Source: Octopus vulgaris
Taxonomy: Eukaryota
Reading direction: 5' to 3'
Assembly: GCA_951406725.2 (NCBI GenBank)
Contig: OX597840.1
Span: 27,280,001-27,344,000 of the forward strand
DNA: 64,000 nt
The translations under genes were made by a program, and so were the position numbers. Below the pieces are notes generated by a model. The model did not search any database and was not told where the DNA came from. It saw only the letters and a list, made by a program, of their open reading frames with translations. Of this stretch, positions 42,225 to 59,618 are shown piece after piece (positions within the stretch are counted from its first letter, which is position 1; every line of letters begins with the position of its first letter).

Positions 42225-42472
42225 ATGTTTGTATGTATGTATGTATGTATGTATGTATGTATGTATGTATATGTATGTATATATATATATAAAACACTAT
42301 AGTTATTATTATTTGGGGGATCTCTGTGTGTGCCTCTGTTTCCACATATAGACAAGGCAACACAGACTTTAATTTAAAAAATTCTTACACTTTCAACAAT
42401 TTATAAAGGTATGTGCATAACAAACAAATATCATCACCAGCAGCGTAGCGACGGGTTAACAACCTAGTTATG

Positions 42473-42514
<42 letters not shown>

Positions 42515-42695
42515 AAACAAATTATACACACACAGGCCTTACATAGACGCCCCCAAGTCTCGACACTATAATTTTCGTTCAGCGGAACTAGACATTTAAT
42601 TTCAGAGAATGCACAAGATGTTACAATGTATATACACATGCTTTTATATACGTGAGTGCGTGCGTGTGTGTGGTATGTGTGTGTGTGTGTGTGTC

Positions 42696-42770
<75 letters not shown>

Positions 42771-42944
42771 ATATGTTCGACTTGAAGCTCTAAATCATCG
42801 TTCTATCTACAGCCACTTGAATATTATATTTTGATATATTTTTGCATATGTGTTTCGTTTCACAAAACAATTCTACTTCCGTGAAATCGTACATGGATGC
42901 GTATATAGATATGGTCTGTATGTGTATGTGTGTGAGTGCGTGAG

Positions 42945-42978
<34 letters not shown>

Positions 42979-43091
42979 CGTGTGTGAGTATGTGTGCGTG
43001 TATGAATACATATCGATAGAGATGTGGACAGACACAGATGCGTGTGTTTATATATGTATGGTTACGTGTGTGTATATATATATATACATAC

Positions 43092-43163
<72 letters not shown>

Positions 43164-43195
43164 ATTATGTATTTATGTATGTATATATATATGGT

Positions 43196-43254
<59 letters not shown>

Positions 43255-43426
43255 TCGAGCAGACAGACAGATAGACAGACAGACAGACATATATATTGAT
43301 AAATAGATAGATAGATAGATAGATTGATTGATTGATTGATTGATTGAAAGATAGATCGATAGATATATAGATAGACAGATAGATAGATAGATAGATAGAT
43401 AGACAGATAGATAGACAAACAGATAT

Positions 43427-43480
<54 letters not shown>

Positions 43481-43481
43481 T

Positions 43482-43521
<40 letters not shown>

Positions 43522-43676
43522 CACAGATAGGCAGATAGATAGATATATAGATAGATAGATACATATTGAGAGAGAGATAGGTAAAGATATATATATACAC
43601 ACATTCATATACATATATATAATAATCTCACTAAAGCATAGCAATACTAATAACCAAGTTGCTATGCATGTGTATT

Positions 43677-43724
<48 letters not shown>

Positions 43725-44206
43725 ATAATATACATTTGTGTACAATAGTTTGCTTGGAGCTCTGCAGTAGTTTATAGTCTGTCTCCATATTTAGTCTTCA
43801 AATATATTACACATTACTAAATATGCATGGATGAATATGGAAGTCTTATTAGAGATACGAAATTAATGAAATTCTTCGTCTTATTTAATTATTTTGAAAC
43901 CATTTTCTTTCCCGGGAGGCCCCTGTACACGTGTATCTATAAACGGCTATCAAAAAGTTCAAAGCAATAATTTTCATAGTTATACACACACACGCACATG
44001 TATATATGTATATATGTGTGTCAGTGTGTGTATGTGTGTATGTCTGTGTGTCCAGGGAAGTGAATGAATTTTGACAGCTATTTTGAAGTTTGTAGACGTT
44101 TATAGAGATTTTTTAGATCTAGCTTCAGTGCGTAAATATAGACAGAGCTACGTTTACCTAAGAGTATGCTTACATAAGTCTGTGTAAGCATTTACAAACA
44201 ACTATA

Positions 44207-44270
<64 letters not shown>

Positions 44271-44609
44271 AATTCATACAGGGTGCGGTGAATGTATTGT
44301 CGTCACTACTAGTTGTGACGAAATTGTTTTATAAAATTAAAAATAAGTTCAAATATACACGTATTTAAGAAAAACATTGAACTATTTAGTGACGTCAGTG
44401 AATGGTGAAATGAAAATAAAAAATTAGAAATAAAAGAAACACACATAAAAATAGAAAAATAACCTTAAAAAATGATAACCTCCAATAGAGTATTTACGTA
44501 AAGAAATATTGATGATGTCACATGGTAGCTAAAGAATAAAAACTAAGAATAAGAATTCTAGGTTATGTCTAATATAAACTTTTATAAAAATTAACCTTAA
44601 ACCTATAAT

Positions 44610-45030
44610 TAATGATTGAAATATCTGAATGTCTTTCTAAATTTATGGCAACATCTTAATGTAAAGTGCCCGTCAAAATTCAATAAAATTGATTTAAAAG
44701 TAATTATATAATACATTTCTTCAGAGTAAAGACCACATGTAGAATTACCAATATTGTACGACGGTGCATAACTAATAGATGACCACCTTAAATCGTACTT
44801 AATATTATTATCCTTTAAATTTCAAATGCATTTACTAAAATTTTAAAAAAATTATTTTTTCTTCTATACTTAAAGGAATTAGAATGATTTCCAAATTGTA
44901 GCAGATGAACCAATATAACAATGCTTACGCTCTCCAGTTATTACTTTACACTGATACACTATATTTTCCTTAAACGTTGGATTTTTAAAGGGCATAGTAT
45001 TTTGTTTAGACAATTACACATGCATTTATT
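44610..45030 (-). pseudogene. Penelope-like GIY-YIG endonuclease fragment
   Basis: Minus strand: KENIVYQCKVITGERKHCYIGSS...NLKDNNIKYDLRWSSISYAPSYNIGNSTCGLYSEEMYYII...LLN...CCHK. Confidence 0.75.
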
Positions 45031-47107
45031 CAATTGTATTTGGTACTCATAATTGAAGGAAGATTTTTACTCACTGTTCCCAGGGCTCCGACAATTATTG
45101 GTACTACTACCACCTTTTTCATCGACCACAATGTTCTGAGTTCAAATTCCGCTGTGGCCGACTTTGTCTTTCATCCTTTTCGGAATCGATAAATTAAGTA
45201 CCAGTTGCGTATTGTGGTCAATCTAATCTTCTGACCCCATCCCCAAAATTTCATGGCCTTGTGCCTAGAGTAGAAAAGATTATATAGATTATTAACTGTA
45301 CAAACTAAGCGGAGATCTAATCTCCTGGGACTTAATTAAAATTACACCGGTTTGCAAATATCTAGCTCCACACATTTCTTTCGTAGCAGAATGTAAGTTC
45401 TTCTTAAGGATATATTTAGCAAAAGCAGATTTTCAAATATTGCCTTTTATTTTTATGTGGTGTATAACATTTATATCTTATCTGTCAACTACGGATTGTA
45501 ACACATTTTAAGTAGATCGCTTCCCGATAACTCGAAACCACACCTTATTTTATTTTTAATATCATTTTTCTTTCAAAGTGCGAAGAATTTGCGAATGCAC
45601 CTCGCGGAATTGTTAGAATGTTGGATAAAATGTCTTTGTGGTATTTCTTCCAACTCATTACGTTTTGAGTTCAAATCTGATCGTGTTTATCTCTGCCTTT
45701 CATCCCACCATGGACAACGAAGGATGTATCTCTTCTCGTGCAAGCAAAGAGCTAATATTTCAGATTTTGTATTTATGTATAGGCCAAGTATTAGTGAATT
45801 CATTACGTACACGTTGCTTGCATTTTCTGTTGTTGTTGTTGAGTAAATTTCACACATTTCTATTCATCTCCATCTAATATTCGTAATAAGCGACTTTCTC
45901 TTACAAAATTTATGCATACTTGTCTAGCTTGTAAAAATTTCACTTCTCGTAGTTCCTAAATGAACATATGTGATTGTGCAAGCGCTCTTTGATTGGTCCC
46001 TCGGTCATTCTAATGTTGCATATCTAATAGTATGCATTATCCAGTCCCTGGACCTGACCACAGACACGTATATAATGGTCTCTTTATGGCAGATATTTAG
46101 AATGGCACACAATGTGACAAGGCCGGCCCTTTGAATTACAGGTATTACTCACTCTTGCCAGCCGAGTGGACTGGAGCAGCATTTAAATGAAGTGTCTTGT
46201 CCAAGAACACAACGTAAAGCACCACCGGGAATCGAACTCATGGTCTTATAATCGTGAGCCAAATACCGAAACCACTTAACCACGCGGCTTCAGTAGTTTC
46301 ACGAAGTTTACTATAACCAAAACGACACCATTTTTTTTTTCAGTTTATGCTCTACCCAATATACAATTCCGCAATTTCTCCGATCAACGGACAATTTTTC
46401 AGGAATAATGTTACAACACAATTCCAGTTTATACCAGGCAAATTGATCGATAATGTGTCCGAAGTAGCAACTGAATTAGTTAATAAAACATGTTCGCGAT
46501 AATAATACTTGCAATCTGACAGAACTCACAAAAATATAAAAAGCTCCCCCGGGGATGAATAACAGATTCTTTCGTCGATATGCAGGAATTACAAAACGTC
46601 TGAGATGGCTATAATTTTATCGACACGTGACTTTTCATTGTTTTGTCGCAGTAACGCTTAAGTGGTGATTGCTTCCGATCGCAAGATTGGAGTGTGTGTG
46701 TTCAAGTGTTTTGGGCTCTGTAATATAAGTATGTATATATGTACATATATATATATATATACATACATATATATATGTATAAATATATATGTATATGTAT
46801 ATATATACATGTATATATATATATATATATACAAATATATATTTACGTATATACCATATATATTCCTACACATATATATATGTATGTATGCATATATATA
46901 TATATATATATATATGTATACATGTATATAAATGTACACACTCATACTGGAGTATATATAAGTGTGTGTGTGTATGTGCGGGCGCGCGTATGTATATTTA
47001 TGTACATATGCAATTGTATAATATAAATATAGATATGTAAAGAGTTTATATAACATGTATATATAAATATTTATATACATTTGAGTGTATCTATATATAT
47101 ACACACA

Positions 47108-47177
<70 letters not shown>

Positions 47178-47214
47178 TAAATAGATGTGTGTGTATAAAA
47201 TATTAATGCATTCG

Positions 47215-47400
47215 GTTCAAAGTATAATAAAACACTCATATTGTCCATCATATTCGCTTCTCCATTTTGTCTGTTATAAGATTTTTGTACGGTTTTGGAA
47301 CTTGGCGCAGTAGTTTTTCCCCCATTTTTAACATTGTAAAGTCTCGCCATTGCATAAACTGGTACTTGCATTAAACTGTGTTTTTCTATGTCGCCTCGAG
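47215..47400 (-). pseudogene. Possible piggyBac transposase relic
   Basis: [23 protein letters not shown] loosely resembles P..V..YN..MGGVD..D. Confidence 0.35.
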
Positions 47401-47507
47401 ATGAAAAAAAAATGATAACAATAAAAACACTTATGTGCATATGTAAGTACGTGCGCATATTACGTATATATAATATATATATATATATACATATATATAC
47501 ATATACA

Positions 47508-47556
<49 letters not shown>

Positions 47557-47581
47557 CATACACATATATACATACACACAC

Positions 47582-47709
<128 letters not shown>

Positions 47710-47988
47710 GGTGTATGTATTGATGTATGCGTGTGTGTATGTATGTTTGTATACATGCCGGTTTATTCCTGTATATATATATATATATACATGTGTGTGT
47801 GTGTGTGTGTGGAGAAAGGGAGACAGAGATGGATATACAAATGCTTGTGTGTTTGATTGTATATACTTACCTATGATCATGTATATACATAAATATGTGT
47901 GTGTGCGTTCGCTTATATGCATATATATGTATATATATATGTGTGTTTATACATATGTATATATATGGATATATATATATATACATAA

Positions 47989-48040
<52 letters not shown>

Positions 48041-48501
48041 GTATATATAAACATACATACATGCATACATGCATATATTCACACTTCCAGGCACATATAG
48101 AATGATAGTCATAAATTTAAGTGGCAGACAACATTCTATGGAGAACCTATAAGAGACAATCTATACTTATTTCTCTCCTCCAGCAATCTGAAAGAATACA
48201 TAGGTTGTTAACAACTTAACTTTAAGGTACTTTCTGTTACGTCTACACAAGTTCTTTTAGTTGGTCTACTAAGTTCACTTTTCTTTACTAAGAAACAAAG
48301 TAAATACTTTCCTGTAACAAACCAGTCCATAAGGTAATACTATACATGCCACTTAGTAAGTATGCATAGAGCTATAAAAGTACATTGAAATACAATAGCC
48401 ACAATTTAATCTTCCATCTTGATGGAGGTTGCTGTGAAAGTAGCGAAAACTTTGTTCAACCTGGTATAAAAGTGTTTCAATATATATATACATATATGTA
48501 C

Positions 48502-48835
<334 letters not shown>

Positions 48836-49220
48836 ATATACATACATATATAGGCATATATGCGCACGTACACGTACATATTTATGTATATGCATGATCG
48901 TAGGTATGGGGTCGAGCTAATCGACTGGCCCTCTCCCCAAAAATTTCGAGCCTTGTGCGTAGAGTAGAAAAGATTATAGGTCACAAATGCCACAAAATAT
49001 TTAACAAGAATATTGTGAATGTTTTCTACAGCTGTACCATCGTGATTGAGCATTTGGATTCTGGCATTTACAGAAGAGTTTATATCACCAGACTTCTGTC
49101 AATTAACTAGTGCCAGTGTAATTTTTCTAACAATTATCTTATTCCTCCTTGACAGTGAATGAGCCGGCAGTTTCGAAACAGCTGTAACTGTTCTAGATGC
49201 TTGTAATTCTAGCACATTAT

Positions 49221-49610
49221 GGAATGGAAGCACTCCGTCGGTTACGACGACGAGGGTTCCGGTTGATCCGATGAACGGAACAGCCTGCTCGTGAAATTAA
49301 CGTGTAAGTGGCTGAGCACTCCACAGACACGTGTACCCTTAACGTAGTTCTCGGGGATATTCAGCGTGACACAGAGAGTGACAAGGCCGGCCCTTTTGAA
49401 ATACAGGTACAACAGAAACAGGAAGTAAGAGTGAGAGAAAGTCGTGGTGAAAGAGTACAGCAGGGTTCACCACCATCTCCTGCTGGAGCCTCGTGGAGCT
49501 TTTAGGTGTTTTCGCTCAATAAACACTCACAACGCCCGGTCTGGGAATCGAAACCGCGATCCTACGACCGCGAGTCCGCTGTCCTAACCACTGGACCATT
49601 GCGCCTCCAC
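49221..49610 (-). mobile_element. SINE family C, full length
   Basis: 13-bp TSD tctagcacattat at 49208-49220 and 49611-49623. Confidence 0.92.
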
Positions 49611-50081
49611 TCTAGCACATTATTACAGTATATCTAAAAAGCTGACCTGACCTGCCAACTTTCGTTATTGAAGGAAACGGCTGTACAGCACTTTCAACAC
49701 ATCCGACTAAATACTGCTTCTCCCCGCTGACTAGTTTGCAGAATGCAGCCGGGACATTTGGAAGCTCGCTATGGAATAAATTTTAGTGAATTTGAATTCA
49801 AAACGTCAAGACGGACGAAACACCGCTCTACCAATACAGTGACGATTGTACCAACACAGCGCCTTTTTTTTTCCTCTTTATTTTTTTTGCTTGAGAAATA
49901 TATAAACGAATTTTCTAAGACCCAGACTAGGCCCTAGACAGTAAAATATTATTATTTTTTTCCTTTTGTTCCTGTCGAATTTTATCCCTAATTTTGTGGT
50001 TATAGAACCTAGCTGTTCTTTCTAGCGTGTTTGAATCCCACGAGTGGATTCCTTATATGTTTAAATATTCATATATATATA

Positions 50082-50282
50082 TAGTTAATCCAAACAAGAA
50101 AACACAGAAAAAAAGAGAAAAAAACACAGCAACGCGAGGACGTGGGAACAATTAAAGTATTATTGACACTCAGGAAAGAAGGGAAGGAGGGTTTAACGTT
50201 TCGAGCGGAGCTCTTCGTCGGAAACAAGGAGAAGGAAAAATCCCAAGAAGGGAAGACAGAGGAAAAAATTTTTTTGCTGGTG
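50082..50282 (-). mobile_element. H2 family element
   Basis: Minus strand gtttCCGACGAagagctccgctcGAAACGTTaaac at 50191-50225. Confidence 0.7.
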
Positions 50283-50385
50283 GTGCTCAAGAGATCACAT
50301 ACATATATACATATACATATCTGTGGGTGTATGTATATACATATCTATGTGTGTGGGGGGGATGTATGTATATACATATATATAC

Positions 50386-50416
<31 letters not shown>

Positions 50417-50539
50417 ACCAACAGGGGATGAATAAAGCAGTTTCGTTATTATTCTTCATATTAAGGAAAAGAAAAAGATTACCACCATCACCATCATCAT
50501 CATCATCACCATCATCCTCTTCATCATTACCATCTTCAC

Positions 50540-50594
<55 letters not shown>

Positions 50595-50620
50595 CATCAT
50601 CATCATCATCATCATTATCA

Positions 50621-50671
<51 letters not shown>

Positions 50672-51498
50672 TTACTATTATTATCATCATCATTATCATC
50701 ATCATTATTATTATCATCATCATCATCAACAACAACGGCGGCAGCATCGTCGTCATCGTTATCAGCAGCAACACTATCCCTCTGTAGTCGTTATCATCAT
50801 CATCGTCATCGTCGTCGTCAATATCATCGCCACCATTATGATCTTGTCATAACTATCATCACCATTATCTTCGTCCTCATCAACGCCATCGTCATCATTA
50901 CCATCACCAACACCACCAACACCACCATCACCACCACCACCATAATACCCTCTGTTATTACATATCTTCTGTCTCCCGTTCCTGAAGTCAGCCACGTGTA
51001 ATACGACTCTAATGAAATAGACGAGGCGATATCACATAGTTATCAATCAAAAGAGACATTGGTTAGATAAGTGAACATAGGGATATCAAGATTTCACCTA
51101 CAGAATGGGATACGTTGCGGTATGTGGGGAGAAGGTGATCACTCGAGTGTGTGTGTGGTAGGCCTGCATGTTTGTAGGTGTATATATATATATGTTTGTG
51201 TGTGTGTATGTGCGAGTGTATGAGTGTGTGCGTATGTATATCTATCTCTTTGTATCAATACATCTCTTTATAACCATAAATGTTAGTAACATCCTGATAA
51301 AAGATTTTATAACTTTTTTTAAAATCCTCTTTATACTTAAAAAATATTAAGTAATTTTCACAAAGACTTTCAATATATATATATATATATATATATATAA
51401 TGAGGGAGATAAATTGAATATTAATTTAATTAATATCAGTTTAAAATCAGTAGCCTAGCGTATAAAATATTTGAAAAATCAGAAAAAAGATTCAATAC

Positions 51499-51662
51499 GT
51501 GTTTATTTAGGGATAAACCACTAGGTGGATAAACATACGCTAGAAGATCACATGCGATCTAACTACAAAGAAAGAGTATATTTTTTTCTTTGTAGTTAGA
51601 TCGTATGTGATCTTCTTCTAGCTTATGGTTATCCACCTAGTGGTTTATCCCTAAATATACAC
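51499..51662. repeat. Fold-back insert between (TA)n tracts
   Basis: Imperfect arms of about 75 bp: atttagggataaaccactaggtggataa...gatctaactacaaagaaa / tttctttgtagttagatc...ttatccacctagtggtttatccctaaat. Confidence 0.85.
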
Positions 51663-51667
51663 ATATG

Positions 51668-51737
<70 letters not shown>

Positions 51738-52849
51738 TCGTACAGTAAATGCACAAACGAGCGGAAAACAGTCAAAGAGTTGCATGTTGAAAAACAAATA
51801 GTAAATGCAGACGAACGGAAAACAGATACTGAAGATCCCCAATTTCCCATCAGTTAACGGTTAGAGATTCAAATGCAATTTCGTGCCTTTAACGATGATA
51901 TTGATTCTGTTCTGGTAGCAACCGGCAAGATCTGCCTAGAAAGGGCACCGAAATGTAACAGAAAGAGAACAGACAAACAATAGATAGATAACAAGCTATA
52001 CAGAAGTGGACATACGAAAATGAATAGATGTAATTCAAGATGGAGGAGGGGCAAAACCGAAATAAATAAACAGAATATAGCCTTAGAGCTAGATGAAGAT
52101 GCAGTATGGGTAACGCCAAGGGGAAAATCCTAAAAGGTTGGATACAGAAGGGCAATAAACAGAGAAACAGGTTGCAGTGGAGACTAAGGAAATTACGGCC
52201 GGTTGCTTCAGGGACCAGCGTAACAAAAACAAACGGAGAAAAAAACGAAAAAAAAATAACCAAGGGTCACGTGTCAATCGTAGAAAGGAAAAAAGTGGTG
52301 GCGAGCAGAGAGGGATCAGAAAGAGAGAAAGAGAGAGAGAGAGAGAGAGAAGGAAAGACAGATGAAAATATATACAATAGCGCCATTTAATTTTAGAATG
52401 CTAGTATAAAAATTTTTTAATGACATTTTTATATATTCAAGTTGTAAATTGTGAATTAAGATGTATATCAAAATAAAGAAAATTTTATGAGCTTTAATAT
52501 GGTGTATAACTTTACAGTGTAACATAATCATATTAATTTTAAATTAAAAATATATCTTAATTATCGTAATTTATAGCGCCATTTAATTTAAGAACGATTT
52601 GTAAAATTTCATTTTGTTACTTTAAAAAGTTTATTCTGAGATCAACAAAAAAATAATAAAATAATAAGCTCATACAATCAGTATTTGGTTGGGTATCCAA
52701 AATTACTTAATACAGCTTTGCATCTGCGAAACATAGAACTGCTCAGATCATTTATCACTGTTCCTGAGATTTTTTTTCCCCCAATTTTGGTTAATGTTTA
52801 AAAGAAAGAAATCATCCTTCTTCTTTGGCTTACTACTTTGCACAGCTCT

Positions 52850-53150
52850 ACCCAACCCTTCCCAAAGATTTTCGATGGGGCTTAGGTCAGGCGACTGCGC
52901 TGGTTACTCCATCAACCGAACTCTCTTAGCCCTAATGTAATCTCTGACTAGGTGCGAGGTGTGTTTTGGGTCGTTGTGATGCTGGAAAGTTCAAGATGGC
53001 CGAAATGCTTTCGGATGTATAGAAGCATAGTCTTAATCTAATATTTCTAGATAGAACTCCATAAAGCCCTTGATTCGGATTATAGGACCAACACCTTTTC
53101 CAGACATGCACCCCCACACCATCACACTTCCATCAACGTGCTTAATTATA
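52850..53150 (-). pseudogene. Tc1 (DD34E) transposase fragment
   Basis: KHVDGSVMVWGCMSGKGVGPI; FQHHNDPKHTS; ME*PAQSPDLSPIENLW. Confidence 0.85.
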
Positions 53151-53160
53151 GGTTACATTC

Positions 53161-53201
<41 letters not shown>

Positions 53202-53223
53202 GTGTGTGATTGTGTATAGAAGA

Positions 53224-53645
53224 ATATATTAATAAAAAGAATTCCAACCTTGTCTGATTTTCACGTTTTATTTACAATCTTATAATGATATATTATAAGA
53301 TAATATATTATAATTGAATAAAATGAAATAGTAGAATGTTAAATGTTCATTCTGATTGAACTAGTACTTTCATGCATTGAATTCTGCAATCTTCAGGTTC
53401 TGTAGTAGTGGTGACAGTCATGCTTCACAATTTTTGACTGTCAAAAATTGTGAAGCATGACTGTCAACACTACTACATGAACCCGAAGATTGCAGAATTC
53501 AATGCATGAAAGTACTAGTTCAATCAGAATGAACATTTAACATTCTACTATTTCATTTTATTCAATTATAATATATTATCTTATAATATATCATTATAAG
53601 ATTGTAAATAAAACGTGAAAATCAGACAAGGTTGGAATTCTTTTA

Positions 53646-53654
<9 letters not shown>
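53224..53654. mobile_element. Near-perfect palindrome of about 430 bp carrying a hammerhead motif on each arm
   Basis: Centre gac-t-gtc at 53439. Motif gaac-C(T/C)GAAGA-t-tgca...tgca-t-GAA-AGTACT-A-gttc at 53358-53400(-) and 53479-53521(+). Confidence 0.85.
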
Positions 53655-53694
<40 letters not shown>

Positions 53695-53698
<4 letters not shown>

Positions 53699-54080
53699 GG
53701 GGTACCACAAAAAAAGAAGAGCAGAGACTGGTAACGGCTCAAGGAGCCATGGAAAGGTCAATGCTTGGAATCTCGTTGAGAGAGCACATCAGTAGCGAGA
53801 TCATCAGAGAGAAGTCCGGCGTGAGGGATGTCATCACAGAGTATACACGTAGCAAGTATAGATGGGCTGGACACGTCGCCCGGCTCACCGATAATCGGTG
53901 GACCCGCGCAGTTGTCGAGTGGTACCCGCGCGAGCGGAAAAGACCTCCACGACGGTAGAGTTACGATATCAGAAGGATGATTGGGATCACGTGGATGAGA
54001 AAGGCGCGATCCAGAGAGGAGTGGACAGTGTGCTGTGACCAGCGGTGTCAAATGGACGCCTGACGGACTGGTTGGTCAAG

Positions 54081-54085
<5 letters not shown>
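53695..54085 (+). mobile_element. 3' fragment of an RTE-clade LINE in (TA)n
   Basis: WGTTKKEEQRLVTAQGAMERSMLGISLREH...KYRWAGHVARLTDNRWTRAVVEWYPRERKRPPRR. Confidence 0.85.
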
Positions 54086-54175
<90 letters not shown>

Positions 54176-54661
54176 CCGGCTTCCTTCGGTTTCTGTCTAC
54201 TAAATCCACTTACAAGGCTTTGGTCAACCCGAGACCATAGTAGAAGACACTTGCCCAAGATGTATCGCAGTGGGACTGAACCCGGGAGGCATGTGGCTAG
54301 GAAGCAAGCTTCTTTACCACACAGCCACGCATTTCCTTCCAACAACACATCGAATTTCATTAGGATGTGCTGGGTATTATTAATTATTCATATCATTCAA
54401 TATTATTCAATATAGTTTTGTGTGTGTCAGTGTGTCTCTCCGTGCTTCTTTTGTATGCTTGTGTGTGTGTGCGTTTGTGACTGTCCAAGCGCAGGTCTGT
54501 CCTGGTTGGTCAAACCTTGCAGCGCTCTTCCCTCGGGTGATATTAATTCGTTGGAGATGGCGTTATGGTGTTCATAACGCAGACCGCTTGGGACCAGCTT
54601 CCACGTCTGCACGAATCTATTCCTCGTCACCATCTCTGTCATTTTCCTCATCTTCATCTTC

Positions 54662-56590
<1,929 letters not shown>

Positions 56591-57143
56591 AATGAACTAC
56601 ATTGGTTGGCAACAGAAAGGTGGACGATGTTATTCATGAGTGTGCAAGTTTCTAAACAAACGCCAGTAGGGGGGAAGTATTTTCTCGAACGTTCGGCGGC
56701 GAAGAAAATTGAAAGAATATTGGTAAAATCTCAACAAAATTAGTAAATGTTCCAGAGAAATTGGTAAAGTGTCCAGAACATAATTAAAAGTATCTTGAAG
56801 TGTAATACAATCCAAGAAGATAAAATAACTTGCAGATGAAGGTGAAAAACTAGACGCTCATACGCAGGCGGTGCAGGGAAGGAGGAAAAAGGCAGACGGA
56901 AGTGGGAGAGAAGAACTAAATAATCTTGATCTTTTTGAAAGACGAATGGGTGCAAGGGGAAAGAGGCAACGAAAGAAATAGTATGTCTGGTGATGATGAT
57001 GGTGTTGGCAAACTAAGGAGTGAGTAGAAGCCAAGAAGAAGTGACCGGAGGAAGGAAGAGAGAGAAATGATGAAGCAATGGTGCCAATCTTTACATCTTT
57101 CTACCTCTTTTTCTACGTGTGTACATAAGCATATATTCCTCTC

Positions 57144-57368
57144 TGAGCTGGCAGAAACGTTAGCGCACCGGGCGAAATGCTTAGCGGTATTTCGTCTGTC
57201 GTTACGTTGTGAGTTCAAATTCCGCCGAGGTCGACTTTGCCTTTCATCCTTTCGGGGTCGATAAATTAAGTACCAGTTACCCACTGGGGTCGATGTAATC
57301 GACTTAATCCCTTTGTCTGTCCTTGTTTGTCCCCTCTGTGTTTAGCCCCTTGTGGGTAGTAAAGAAAT
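57144..57368 (+). mobile_element. SINE family B monomer
   Basis: Matches the consensus. Confidence 0.9.
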
Positions 57369-57408
57369 ATATTTATTATTTGTGTGTGGCGGGGGTTTCT
57401 ATCGGTAT

Positions 57409-57831
57409 ACTTTACTTTACTCTCTTTTACTCTTTTACTTGTTTCAGTCATTTGACGACGGCCATACTGGAGCACCACCTTTAGTCGAACAAATCGACCC
57501 CAGGACTTATTCTTTGTAAGCCTAGTACTTATTCTATCGGTGTCTTTCTTGCCGAACCGCTAAGTGACGGGGACGTAAACACACCACCATCGGTTGTCAA
57601 GCGATGCTGGAGGGACAAACACATACACACAAACTCACACACACACGCATATATATATACATATTTACGACGGGCTTCTTTTCAGTTTCCGTCAACCAAA
57701 TCCACTCACAAGGCTTTGGTCGGCCCGGGGCTATAGCAGAAGACACTTGCCCAAGGTGCCACGCAGTGGGACTGAACCCGGAACCATGTGGTTGGTAAGC
57801 GAGCTACTTACCACACAGCCACTCCTGCGCC
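57409..57831 (-). mobile_element. SINE family A with a 33-bp flanking duplication
   Basis: ttatttgtgtgtggcgggggtt(t/a)ctatcggtat at 57376-57408 and 57843-57875. Confidence 0.9.
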
Positions 57832-58031
57832 TATCTATTTATTTATTTGTGTGTGGCGGGGGGTTACTATCGGTATCTTCTATATTTATGTATAAAGATA
57901 CTATTGCGACGGAGATAAGGTTTCCTTTCATCTCCTTCTCCTAAATACACATATTCATACACAGATATTCATGCATACACACGCACCCGTTCCTCTCATT
58001 ATTTCTCACTCTCCCTCTTTCTCTCTCGCTA

Positions 58032-58062
<31 letters not shown>

Positions 58063-58464
58063 CTCTCTCCCTCTCCCCTCCCAGTGTTATTTTTCTTGGT
58101 TTCACACTTAGAAATAAACCCATTTCTCTCCGACAAAGGAGGGGGTGCTGGCATTCCCAACCGCATTGTTCTGGTTTCAGTCCTGCTGCTTGGCATCTTG
58201 GATAAGAGTCTTTCGTTATTATCCCGGGTCGACCAAAGCCTTGTGAATGTATTTGGTAGACGAAAACCGACAGAAACACTTGGGATATATACATTCATAT
58301 ATATATATTTATATATAGACATATACATAGATAGATAGATACATACATACATGCATACATATATACATATATTGCGCGCGTGCGTGTGGTTTTGTATGTA
58401 TGCGTGCGTGTGTATGTGTGCGTGTCCTTGTGTCTGTTTCTGTTACCCAGCACCGTTTGAGTGT

Positions 58465-58532
<68 letters not shown>

Positions 58533-58599
58533 AACATGTATATATGGAGAAAGGAAGCGTATTCCCTCGCAGGAGAGATTATAGATGAGATGGTTTTGG

Positions 58600-59010
58600 C
58601 TGATTTTCATATCCTTCTTCTTCTTCTCCTTCTTCTTCATCATCTTCTTCTTCTTCTTCTCCTCCTCATTCTTCTTCTTCTCTACTATTTCTTCATATTC
58701 TTCTTTTTCTTCTTCTTCTCTTGCTTCTTATTCTCTTTCTTCTTCTTCATTTTCCTCTCCTTCTCCTCTCCTTCTTCCTCTACTTCTCCTCCTTCTTCTC
58801 CTCCTCCTCCTTCTTCTTCTTCTTCTTCTTTTTCTACTTCTTCATATTCTTCTTCATATCCTTCTTCTTCCTCTTCTTCTTCTTCATATCCTCCTCTTTC
58901 TTCTCCTTCTTCATATCCTCCTCTTTCTTCTTTTTCTCCTCCTCGTCCTCCATTTCTACTTCTACTTCATATTCTTTTTCTTCATATTCTTCTTCTTCTT
59001 CTTCATCATA
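58600..59010. repeat. (CTT)/(CCT)-rich low-complexity tract
   Basis: Directly visible. Confidence 0.9.
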
Positions 59011-59618
59011 TTGCTGTTGTTATAGCGACCAGCTGGCAGAATCGTTTAGTGACATTTCTTCGTCCTTTCGGGATTCGACCGAATACGTACCAGTTGAACA
59101 CTAGGGTCGCTATAATCGATTTGACCCCTTCCCCTATAATTCCTGGCCTTGTGAAAATTTCAAAACCATTATCATTACTACTGCTGCTACTGCAACTGCT
59201 GCTGCTCCTCTTGATTTTTTCGCTGCCAAAATGCATTCTAAAAGTTCCATCATGAATAACTTTCCAAGACGTCTTATTTTTCTTTTTCAAATTTCCATGA
59301 CCTTTTCTGTTGTTTCATGTAGAATTAATTCATAGCGAGTGAAGCGTTAAATTCATTAATTTTCCCATCAATTAAGCAAAAACCACGAGAAAAAAACAGA
59401 CGTTTCTTTACATTTCTTCTCCCTTCCTTTTAGCAGGCATTCAACGCACAAGAAAAAAAAATGTCGGTGAAACACGCCCTTAAATCCACAAGATTCATTG
59501 AGTTTTCTAAGGAAAAAAAGGTTATACTATGTGAATGCCGATATTCTGAAAGAAATTGGTAACTTTGTGTTAAATCGTGGTAATTTCTGTATTTGTATTA
59601 CGAGTGTTGGAAATAATG

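Noticed and set aside
54480-54640. GC-richer unique island
   Set aside because: No ORF homology, splice signals or structure that I can support.
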